DNA of 27,241 nucleotides from a virus (lineage: Duplodnaviria > Caudoviricetes): positions 1 to 27,241 of the IMG/VR virus record IMGVR_UViG_3300042445_001207; one strand, given 5' to 3'. Both the position numbers and the translations under genes were made by a program. Positions 1-8,400 of this stretch are shown here, piece by piece. The notes under the pieces are model-generated. The model saw only the letters and a list, made by a program, of their open reading frames with translations. It made no database searches and was not told where the DNA came from. Every line of letters begins with the position of its first letter. The stretch's first letter is position 1.

Positions 1-647
1 CGGTATTGTTGTTCAATTTTTTCAATCTTATCGAGTACATCCAACGATAAAAGACTGCAAATATTCTTAGCCAATGTAAATTGATATTCTAAACACGGAA
101 CTGCATTATTATCTGTGTGATCATGACATTTGTAATCATCAGATGCTATATAGTCGTTGTATATAATATTGGTATGTTCAGGTAATATCCCATATCCCTC
201 CAGAACTAACAATGTAATATCTTTTGTTTGGCAATAAAATTTTAGTAATTCTAATTTAACTTTTATATCCTGTAATTCTAATCTAGGACTATATAACCAT
301 TCCGCCCATAACTGTTTAGATTGATGCTCTAAACTACAACTACTAGGCCAAATTCCATCGATGGTAAAATTTCTTAGAGTATCATTAGACACAAGCTCAT
401 CATACCTTGATTGATTTATTTCTACATCTAATTTACCTAAAGAAGTTAGCTGGATTATAACAATATCTATGGTATTAGATAGCACATATTCGATGGCACG
501 ATTTAAAATCCACTGATTACTAACAGCAGGGCCACCAACATCAGTGATATCCAATCCTGCTACCTTAAAGATGTTAACCCAAGTTTTGCGCTCTTGGCCG
601 CTCCACGAAATCCCACATCCGCTAATTAAGATTTTTTTGTCTGACAA
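1..647 (-). CDS. Partial ORF (3' end beyond the left edge, >=215 aa); SGNH-hydrolase-like hypothetical protein with degenerate catalytic motifs
   Basis: Not in the ORF track. Manual translation from TTG at 647 (AAGGA SD just upstream) is stop-free to position 1: MSDKKILISGCGISWSGQERKTWVNIFKVAGLDITDVGGPAVSNQWILNRAIEYVLSNTIDIVIIQLTSLGKLD...DHTDNNAVPCLEYQFTLAKNI. The spacing resembles SGNH blocks I, II, III and V. It overlaps the radical SAM stop by 26 nt. The CDS is well supported, the fold is tentative. Confidence 0.7.
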   Translation of the reverse strand, partial: MSDKKILISGCGISWSGQERKTWVNIFKVAGLDITDVGGPAVSNQWILNRAIEYVLSNTIDIVIIQLTSLGKLDVEINQSRYDELVSNDTLRNFTIDGIWPSSCSLEHQSKQLWAEWLYSPRLELQDIKVKLELLKFYCQTKDITLLVLEGYGILPEHTNIIYNDYIASDDYKCHDHTDNNAVPCLEYQFTLAKNICSLLSLDVLDKIEKIEQQY

Positions 648-1446
648 CGACTGTATCCTTATTCTGATGATTAAATACTATTGCTTTAGTTTGATCTGGA
701 CATTGCGCACAAACTGATTCGGGTTTATTAATTAAACTTATAAAAGTAGTCAGATCATCAGTGCTAGCCATAGGTTGATATCCTAACCAATTTTCTTTGG
801 TATAGTCTATGACATTGGCTACTGCTGGACATTTGTATAGTTTGTTTTTATACAGCACAGGCGTATCCGGAGATCCACAGATGGCATGTGCGCTATAAGG
901 ATCGCCCAGGGCGGCAATTGGTCTACCATTTTGTAACTGGTACGGAGCAATAAATTCGCCAAATTTACTTTTATATATCTTGAATCCGGGTCTAGACCAT
1001 TCTAATTGTTTGTGGTTGTTGGTGTGTTTAGTTACATGCCAGTCTTTATATAGCAATAAAATATTTTTTATTTTTGCATTTATAAGATGTTCGTGATCTA
1101 AACGATGTATACTAACTTGTATTTCAAATGGACTATAATTAAACCATATGTTGCTGGAAAAATTATCCAATAAATATCCGTTAGTAATTAAACGTATTGT
1201 TGCATTAGGCCAGCGGTCTCTCACAATTTTACAAATTTCTGGTAGTTTAGGGTGTAAGGTGGGCTCTCCTCCAAATAATGTAATAACTTCTGGAGACAGT
1301 ATTGTATGCCATTCCTCACACCATGTAGCTATATCTTCTATAGATACAACTCCGTCACGATCAAAGTCGCTCAGACTTATGCAACCTTTACATGCTAGGT
1401 TACAACTGTAGGCAATCATAAAATCAAGACGGGGTATATTGTGCAT
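622..1446 (-). CDS. Radical SAM protein with probable auxiliary Fe-S (Twitch/SPASM-like) C-terminus
   Basis: CNLACKGC (CxxxCxxC), LFGGEPTLHP and ITNG motifs, plus C-terminal Cys set (ICG...LYKCP...CAQCP). Start moved from 1482 to the ATG at 1446 (MHNIPRLDF), which reduces overlap with the upstream gene to 23 nt. Confidence 0.9.
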   Translation of the reverse strand: MHNIPRLDFMIAYSCNLACKGCISLSDFDRDGVVSIEDIATWCEEWHTILSPEVITLFGGEPTLHPKLPEICKIVRDRWPNATIRLITNGYLLDNFSSNIWFNYSPFEIQVSIHRLDHEHLINAKIKNILLLYKDWHVTKHTNNHKQLEWSRPGFKIYKSKFGEFIAPYQLQNGRPIAALGDPYSAHAICGSPDTPVLYKNKLYKCPAVANVIDYTKENWLGYQPMASTDDLTTFISLINKPESVCAQCPDQTKAIVFNHQNKDTVVVRQKNLN

Positions 1447-2116
1447 TTTCAAAATCAGTCTTATATACTTGTAATAAATCAATATTTACATCAATTTTAA
1501 ATACAGTCTGAATAGCATCTTTAACCCATTGCGGATCATTGATTAGTTTTTCATACGGAATCACTAAGTTATAATTAAAATCTGGCTCTTCTTCTTGTGT
1601 ATACAATTCTTTAATATTCTGATCTCTATTTTCCTTACTAGGATTTATACCTTTGGAAATTAAAAATAAGGACAAATTATCCATTTTATGATCTATTTCA
1701 TTTAAAAAATTCGTATTAGAGGCAGTTTGATTTAGTATCTTAACTAAACCAATAAACATAGGCATGGTTGACTCTCTTGTTAACAATACTTTATAAAGTT
1801 GTTGTTGTTTGATATAGTCCCACAATTCATTTGTTGGATTACTAATACGTAAACTGTTCACATTTTTTAATAGTCTTGCACCTAAGTAAGTTTGTCGATG
1901 GGTAGGTACTATTTCGTATAGAGTATTATGTGCTTTCTTTAGAGTAGGGCATGGGTGAGGTTTTAAAAACTCTTGTGCAAATATATCGCTGACTTTGTAT
2001 CTGCCAGTACTAGTTTTAAAATAGTCAATAGATTGGCATTGCGGAGATTGACTTAAAATGTAACTTAAATATTCTCCACCAGCTCCTTGATCGTAGTCAA
2101 CAAATAAAAACGGCAT
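1424..2116 (-). CDS. Hypothetical protein, sulfotransferase-like/P-loop-like fold (230 aa)
   Basis: N-terminal strand plus Gly loop plus helix (LFVDYDQGAGGEYLSYILSQSP) and C-terminal IPYEKLINDP, resembling the sulfotransferase YExL..dP motif. Canonical PAPS-binding residues are not evident. The ATG overlaps the gp47 stop (TAATG). Confidence refers to the product call; the CDS itself is likely real. Confidence 0.45.
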   Translation of the reverse strand: MPFLFVDYDQGAGGEYLSYILSQSPQCQSIDYFKTSTGRYKVSDIFAQEFLKPHPCPTLKKAHNTLYEIVPTHRQTYLGARLLKNVNSLRISNPTNELWDYIKQQQLYKVLLTRESTMPMFIGLVKILNQTASNTNFLNEIDHKMDNLSLFLISKGINPSKENRDQNIKELYTQEEEPDFNYNLVIPYEKLINDPQWVKDAIQTVFKIDVNIDLLQVYKTDFENAQYTPS

Positions 2117-3132
2117 TATAGATGCCTATAGATATCTAATAGTAAATTTGGATCGTAGTGTTCACTGGCAATGTTAGTCAATTGACTAGTAACAATGCTG
2201 TCAATACTTTCAAATTTAATATTGCCCAGCATGATATCTGTGCCAATGTCAGCATTCTTAACTGGTAATAATGTTAATTCACGTAGTTGATATGTGCCAA
2301 CAAATGTTTCTTTGATAAATGTTGCTTCTTCGTAACTGATGTCGATGTCTAGATTAACACGACAATGCATGCTTGGTAATAGCAATGCTTCTGGTGTTTT
2401 AAGTACATCACTTAAATTATAAACACGATATCTAGGCTGTCCTGGCCAAGTACGGAACACAGGCTCCTGTCCCCATTCAATGATCATCATACCACGATCA
2501 TCATCACCAGCATCGGCATAATTATGCGGGAAACAATTACCCATATAGGTAATATTGCCACGTGTCTGACGTTTATGGAAGTGTCCAGTGAATACCTTTT
2601 CTACACCGTTGAATGCGCCTTCTTTGATCTCACCAGTGTCTGGCATAGCAACCATGGCATTCATATAGAAGTGTGGTAATTCCAAATGCCCAAACATATA
2701 CTTGGCTGAAATCTTACCTAGTTTCTTATGATCATCGCCGACTAGCCAAGGAACGATAGACACATCACCTTCTTTATAAAAGTCATTGATGATCTCAATG
2801 TTAGGAATATGTCTAGCCCACTCTGCTGATTGGATATCACGTTTATCTCTATAGTATAAATCGTGATTGCCCGGAATAAAGAACACACGATCAAAAGCCT
2901 TGCCCAATAATTCTAGGGCAGTGAGGCTATAATTCAGTGTGACTATGTTGATTGCCGCTCGATTGTTATGCCAGTCACCTGTCATAAAACAGGTATCACA
3001 GCCCTCGGCCTTGGCGGTTTCTATAAACCATTTAACAAAGTTAAGACAATCGTCGTTGTGTGTACTACTGTTAGACTTTAATCCAAAATGGATGTCAGTC
3101 AGAACAGCTGCTTTCTTGAATAGATTAGCCAT
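2116..3132 (-). CDS. gp47: Mre11/SbcD-family recombination endonuclease subunit (T4 gp47-like)
   Basis: Complete metallophosphoesterase motif set DIHFG, GDWHN, GNHD, GHLE, GHFH. It is 338 aa and lies near the gp55-like gene, as in T4-like phages. Confidence 0.92.
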   Translation of the reverse strand: MANLFKKAAVLTDIHFGLKSNSSTHNDDCLNFVKWFIETAKAEGCDTCFMTGDWHNNRAAINIVTLNYSLTALELLGKAFDRVFFIPGNHDLYYRDKRDIQSAEWARHIPNIEIINDFYKEGDVSIVPWLVGDDHKKLGKISAKYMFGHLELPHFYMNAMVAMPDTGEIKEGAFNGVEKVFTGHFHKRQTRGNITYMGNCFPHNYADAGDDDRGMMIIEWGQEPVFRTWPGQPRYRVYNLSDVLKTPEALLLPSMHCRVNLDIDISYEEATFIKETFVGTYQLRELTLLPVKNADIGTDIMLGNIKFESIDSIVTSQLTNIASEHYDPNLLLDIYRHL

Positions 3133-3138
3133 AGTTAT

Positions 3139-3167
3139 ATTATACGCAAGTTAAGAGTAAAGTGCAA
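3139..3167 (-). promoter_or_regulatory. Sigma70-type promoter for the gp47 operon (probably leaderless transcript)
   Basis: Minus strand reads TTGCAC-N17-TATAAT-ataact-ATG (-35 at 3167-3162, -10 at 3144-3139, ATG at 3132). No SD is present. Confidence 0.75.
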
Positions 3168-3182
3168 ATCTTATATTGCCAA

Positions 3183-4067
3183 TTATTCTTCGTAGTGTCC
3201 GCCACCAGCACCCCAGTCGCCTTGACGTGTGTAGCTTGGTGAATAATTATTCATCTCTAAAATATCATCACGGATATTTTGGTTACGTTTTTCTATATTA
3301 AGTACACGAGTGAAGCTGTTGGTAATAGCCGCAGTATAGTAGGCAAATGGATTTTGACTTTTTGCTTCATCAAACTGTAGACCGATCTGTGATAATTGTA
3401 ATAATGCTTGGCTACGCATCTCATCGTTGTAGGTATACCCACGCCAGTTACTACGAGTAGCGTAGCGTTCACATAGTTTAATAAACATGTGGGCCAGTTT
3501 AGCAGTCATCGTACCGTGATCTTTGCTAAATTTACCTTTTTCTAAATCACCTTTCCAATGGCTTTTGCCCACACACACAGGAGTTAATTCTTCAGTTACA
3601 CAATAGTGTTGGAATGGCGGAAAGTTAACCTTGGTATACTTGGTCGCGCCCTTGACTACCATGGGTTCGTCATACTCAGTTTCAAAATTATCTTCATCGG
3701 AATCATATTCTTCTTGTGCTTTGGCATCGGCTTTTTTCTGTTTAACATCGTCGATTGGTACGTGTTCCCAGGTCATGACACGGAACACCACATCTGTTAC
3801 GGGAATATCTTTAGTTGGGATTAGGAATTCATCTAATTTACGTTTATTACCTAATAATAGTTCTGCTTCTTGTGCTTCTTTAGCTAGCCGTTCTGCACGA
3901 GCTTTACGTGCTTCTTGCACAGCCTTCTTAGTGATCTTGTCAACGCCATAGATGATTGCATCATAACTTTTTACTTCGTCGCTGACGAAACTACAGTAAG
4001 TTAGCTTACTTTTTGCGATTTCTTTAAGAATATCTTTATTGTTTAGATAATTTACCTTTCTAGCCAT
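3183..4067 (-). CDS. gp55: Late-transcription sigma factor (T4 gp55-like), 294 aa, with a large internal insertion
   Basis: N-terminal NYLNNKDILKEI and C-terminal NWRGYTYNDEMRSQAL...FDEAKSQNPFAYYT match gp55 family motifs (YVNNKEL; NFsGYT...EM; FD..K..NPhAYiT). Start re-assigned to ATG 4067, which has an AAAGGAA SD, rather than 4124. Confidence 0.85.
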   Translation of the reverse strand: MARKVNYLNNKDILKEIAKSKLTYCSFVSDEVKSYDAIIYGVDKITKKAVQEARKARAERLAKEAQEAELLLGNKRKLDEFLIPTKDIPVTDVVFRVMTWEHVPIDDVKQKKADAKAQEEYDSDEDNFETEYDEPMVVKGATKYTKVNFPPFQHYCVTEELTPVCVGKSHWKGDLEKGKFSKDHGTMTAKLAHMFIKLCERYATRSNWRGYTYNDEMRSQALLQLSQIGLQFDEAKSQNPFAYYTAAITNSFTRVLNIEKRNQNIRDDILEMNNYSPSYTRQGDWGAGGGHYEE

Positions 4068-4084
4068 GTTTACGTTTCCTTTTA

Positions 4085-4113
4085 AACTACTACTATTATA
4101 CAACCTATAAATA
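4085..4113 (+). promoter_or_regulatory. Late promoter of the baseplate operon (TATAAATA) with upstream AACTAC element
   Basis: Exact T4 late consensus TATAAATA at 4106-4113, GAGG SD at 4125-4128, ATG at 4139. AACTAC at 4085-4090 is 17 nt before TAAATA. Confidence 0.8.
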
Positions 4114-4124
4114 CATAAAAGCAA
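4095..4124 (-). promoter_or_regulatory. Sigma70-type promoter for the gp55-like gene
   Basis: Minus strand TTGCTT (4124-4119)-N18-TATAAT (4100-4095), followed by the SD and ATG at 4067. It shares TTGC/TATAAT with the gp47 promoter. Confidence 0.7.
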
Positions 4125-4136
4125 GAGGTATTTATA
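4106..4136. repeat. 9-bp inverted repeat TATAAATAC-N13-GTATTTATA
   Basis: 4106-4114 and 4128-4136 are exact reverse complements, so the late consensus appears on both strands. The SD of the 4139 gene lies at the loop/right-arm boundary. Confidence 0.75.
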
Positions 4137-4138
4137 TT

Positions 4139-5137
4139 ATGGCCTTACCAGATTTTTCCAGCATAGCTAAATCCATTTCCAGTGGCGCCCAAGGTCTTAC
4201 GGTACCTAAGAGCAGTGGCACTGCATTTGACCTATTAAATCCTGCAAATGCACGCAGGGCCATATCAGGGTTGAACATAGGTGGTAAAGGTGGATTCGCT
4301 AAGGCCTTAACTAACATAGGGTTTGCTGGTGGTGCTGGTGGCGGCGCTAGTGCGGCTGGTGAAGATGATTGGCGTGTTAGATTAAGTTTAGCTGATAGTG
4401 CTACCATATTTTATAAAGACACATCCACCCAAAATTCTATCATGGCTCCCTTGGTTGAAACAAATGGAGTCATCTGGCCATATACGCCTAGCATCACAGT
4501 CAGTCATGTGGCCAACTATTCAACTGCCGTGCTTACACATAGTAATTATTCCGCGCACTTCTACAACAACTCAGATGTGAATGACATCACTGTTACTGGT
4601 GAATTCACGGTACAGAGCGTAGAAGAAGGCCAATATCTGATGGCAGCTATATATTTCCTTAGAGCATCAACTAAAATGTTCTTTGGCCAAGGTACTAATG
4701 TAGGTAACCCACCTCCTATCTTGTTCTTAGATGGTTATGGCAGCCACTATTTCCCACATGTGCCCTGCGTGATCACCAATTTTACCCATACTCTGTCCAA
4801 TGATGTAGACTATCTACAGGTGCCTATCACGCAGACTACATTGGAAGACGTAACAGTAACAGCTCCTGATAATCCCAACGGTGGAGTCAGTTTCCTTGAT
4901 AACAAAGGCATTGAAAATACACCTAGTTTGCTGAGAAGCAACAAAGGACCAACAGCCACTACACAGAAATTTAGCAGCATAGTATCAACCACACGTGTGC
5001 CCACAGCCAGCTCAGTGTCAGTGACCTTACGACCTGTGTACAGCAGGAGAAATCTACACGATAGATTTAATCTCAATGATTTCGCACAGGGCAAACTTAT
5101 CGGTGATAAGAAGACAGGTTATGGAGGATTTCTATAA
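4139..5137 (+). CDS. Baseplate tail-tube initiator-like / contractile-injection-system tube-fold protein (332 aa)
   Basis: First gene of the baseplate operon, directly upstream of a LysM/gp53-like gene. Motifs PYTPSI...ITVTGEFTV...GNPPPILFLDGYG...VPCVITNFTHT...VDY resemble tube-initiator proteins. The N-terminus is Gly/Ala-rich. Confidence 0.6.
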   Translation: MALPDFSSIAKSISSGAQGLTVPKSSGTAFDLLNPANARRAISGLNIGGKGGFAKALTNIGFAGGAGGGASAAGEDDWRVRLSLADSATIFYKDTSTQNSIMAPLVETNGVIWPYTPSITVSHVANYSTAVLTHSNYSAHFYNNSDVNDITVTGEFTVQSVEEGQYLMAAIYFLRASTKMFFGQGTNVGNPPPILFLDGYGSHYFPHVPCVITNFTHTLSNDVDYLQVPITQTTLEDVTVTAPDNPNGGVSFLDNKGIENTPSLLRSNKGPTATTQKFSSIVSTTRVPTASSVSVTLRPVYSRRNLHDRFNLNDFAQGKLIGDKKTGYGGFL

Positions 5138-5439
5138 TGGCAGTGAACTACAGCAAGACCAGCCCATACGCCAACACTGAAACCTTTGCTTTTTTCTTAG
5201 ATGTGGCAAACATACCCGTGATTCCATACGATCCCAGTGATACAGCTTATCGCATAGACAATATCTATGAACATCGCCCTGATCTGTTAGCATTTGACCT
5301 GTATGGTGATACTGCACTTTGGTGGGTGTTCTCGGTGCGCAATCCCAATGTCCTACAGGATCCCGTCTATGATTTTCTTCCAGGTGCCACAATCTTTATC
5401 CCAAACAAGGACACCCTAACCGCCGCGTTGGGTTTATAA
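5137..5439 (+). CDS. gp53: Baseplate wedge subunit, LysM-like (T4 gp53-like), 100 aa
   Basis: YEHRPDLLAFDLYGDTALWWVF...NP...DP..DF.PG..IFIP pattern typical of gp53/LysM baseplate proteins. TAATG overlap with the upstream gene. Confidence 0.8.
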   Translation: MAVNYSKTSPYANTETFAFFLDVANIPVIPYDPSDTAYRIDNIYEHRPDLLAFDLYGDTALWWVFSVRNPNVLQDPVYDFLPGATIFIPNKDTLTAALGL

Positions 5440-5442
5440 GCA

Positions 5443-8400
5443 ATGGCAACACAACCAGAAACTCAAGATACTGCACAGCGAGATATTGAAAATACTACCT
5501 CACCTGCCGTGATTGCTGGTGGCTCCAGTGCATTATCCACCCGCGGAGTTAACTTTCTTGAAAACAATGGTATACAAAACTTTCCAACCTCGCTTAAAGG
5601 CAAGGTCGAACCACCAATGGAGCTGGATTTTACCTTACCACCGAATCCAATAATTTTAACTACTCCCACAATAGAGACCACCGCGCCCAGGATATATCCA
5701 GATCAAGTAAATATAAACGAAGTATTGCCTAATGTCCTACACAGTTATGCCAGCTATACCTATGGACTGAGCTTGTCCCTATTGACAGAAATCGAATATA
5801 ATCTTATACAAGAAAAAGGGGAATATAAACCAAATAGAGTATTGATAGCCAGTGCTGGTAGATACAATAATATTCCAGGCCCTACGCAGTTCATCCGCAG
5901 TCCATATTTCAAAGAAGATTTTTATTTTGATGGATTTAAATTAGACACAGTGGTAGGGTTGAATGCAGAATCAAGGAGCACTAATGCTATAAAATACAAT
6001 TTTACCCTGATCGAACCTTATGGATTCACTCTAATAGATCGTATCATTAATCTCGCCAATAGTTTAGAGGTTTCCAACTATCTGGACATGCCTTATCTGC
6101 TGCAGATTGACTTTTTTGGTATGGACGACTCAGGACAGATAACTGGTGTAATCCCCGACACTACCAAGCGCATACCCATAAGAATACTCAAGTTGGATGT
6201 CAAAATTACCAACAGAGGTGCCGAATATTCGATAATGGGTACACCATACAACCACAGTGCTTTTGATCTTACAACTTTAAGTGTTCCAAATATTGTTGAG
6301 GTTGAAGCCAAGACGGTAGCACAATTTTTCCAAAGCGATGTAGTCCAAGGTGATACCACGAATACGACAGGTCAGAGAGAAAAAGGTATAACAACTCCTG
6401 ATGGTGTGTTCCAACCGCTTAGTAATATAAATCAGAGCCTGCTCAGCACACAAACCAGGAGACAACTTGGTTTATTTGCTACTAGTTTTGGTACTGCTCT
6501 GAATAATCATCAAAAGGCCTTGGTCATAGATGGTAAGATAGAATATGCAGACAAATATTTTTTCAATATTGATCCAGACATTGCGCTGAAAAAGTTTGTA
6601 GAGGGCTCTTTTTCAACACCCAAAAACGCAGGGATGGTAATCATCAACAGCGGTTCTGGGTTGACCAAGGATAACAATACAAGAAAAGGTGATATTGGAA
6701 GTGATCACAGCTCATACAGCCTAGATAGTAGATTATTCACTATCAATCCAGGTACTTATATAGATCAGGTCATATCTTGGGTTATACGCAACAGCGAATA
6801 CGTGACTGAACAGATAGTCATACCAGAGGACTTTGTAGATAAACAGGATTATATTGACAAGCTGGCAGAGAAGAAAAACTCACCATTGAAATGGTTTAAA
6901 GTAGTGCCAGAGATAAAATTGGGACCATTTGATAGGATTAGGAAGATATTCTCCAGAGAAATCACATATAATATTCAAAAATATGAAGTGCGCAATTTAA
7001 AAATTCCTCTTGGCCCAGGAGGCGTTGCTGGACGACAAAAACCACCGGTTAAATCCTACGAATATATCTATAGTGGAAAAAATAATGATATCTTAGATCT
7101 AGACATACAATTTAATGCCCTTTATTATACTGCCCTAACCACATACAGGTCCGCTGCGGCAAAACTTGCACAACCGCCCGATCCTAGTCTAGCAGAACAA
7201 GATGGAAATCCTAAAGGTGTTCAGATAGGTAGTGTGCAAGACCCAAATGCCATCATGCCCATGGTCATGAAACCACAGGTGGCAGATACTAGGACGATTA
7301 CCGGTGGGGGCGCGATCACTCCCACACAGATAGCTGTGTCCGATCTTGAAGCTAGCCTGCTGACACTAAGTCAAGCAGATATGTTACATGTTCACCTTAA
7401 GATAATAGGAGATCCAAGTTTTATTAAACAAGATGATATATTTTGGACCCCCAGAGAACTTGCAGAATTTAAAGAACATCTGGTAAATGCCGACCCGCGC
7501 CTAACTCCAGATGGCAGTCTCAAGATGGATGGTGGGGAAGTCTATGTTAATCTCACATTCAGGACCCCAGTTGATATAGATGAAGACAGTGGTATGATGC
7601 AGTTCAAAAATAAAGATATCCTAGGTCCCACACAGACCAGTTTGTTCTCTGGACTGTATAGAGTAATGCGTGTCGAAAACGAATTCCGTAATGGACAGTT
7701 TACACAGATGTTAAATCTTATCAGATTACCTTTACAGGAAACACCGAAAAGCGGTGAAAGGGGAAACGCAGTTCCTGGACAAAGGGCAATATTAGACAAC
7801 TATAATTTAGGCCCAGACTTTGGTACGTCAAATCCTGATATAGCAAGCACGGCAAATAGTACAACTTTGGAAGCGGAAGGGGCAGCACAGCCAGCACAGT
7901 CACAGGTTGGACCTGATGGCGCAGATCCATCTCTTAGGACCAAAGAAGAACAAGAACTAGCTGAAACACGTGCCCTAGCCGCAGAAGAACCAATCAGTGT
8001 TACGACTGAACCCCAATCAGTTCCACCGGGCCCAGCTGAAAACACATCTCCGCCAGTCCGATTACCAGATGGTGTTACCCAAGATCCAGCGAGTGGTAAT
8101 TACAAATATAAAGGGTTAGTAATACCGGCGGAACCTGGCACTGACCAATTTAACAGAGCTGTTACTGCGGTTGACAACAAACAAACTATACAAATTACTC
8201 AAATTGACAATGTCAGTGGGAACCCAATAACAAGAACATTTGACGGTAATTATACTCAAGCCTCTGTAGAAAGAGCTCAAAATAATGTTACATTTGCTGA
8301 AAAGGAACTAGCCAGATTTGAAAATAAAGTTAGAACTGATCCTGAATTCCAAAATCTTAATGCAGAACAACAAACAAATCTAGATGTTGCTCGCGCACGC

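Noticed and set aside
4068-4124. ORF-track N-terminal extension of the sigma gene (MLLCIYRLYNSSSLKGNVN)
   Set aside because: It spans the promoter region. The ATG at 4067 has a good SD and matches the gp55-family N-terminus.
4115-4125. CTTGCTTTTA on the minus strand resembling a T4 MotA box
   Set aside because: It lies too far from TATAAT for a T4 middle promoter and fits a sigma70 -35 position better.
5708-5713. Intragenic TAAATA matches (also near 672, 1171, 21393, 23298, 24325)
   Set aside because: They are not positioned before gene starts. The one checked (5708) lacks the upstream hexamer, and such matches are expected by chance.
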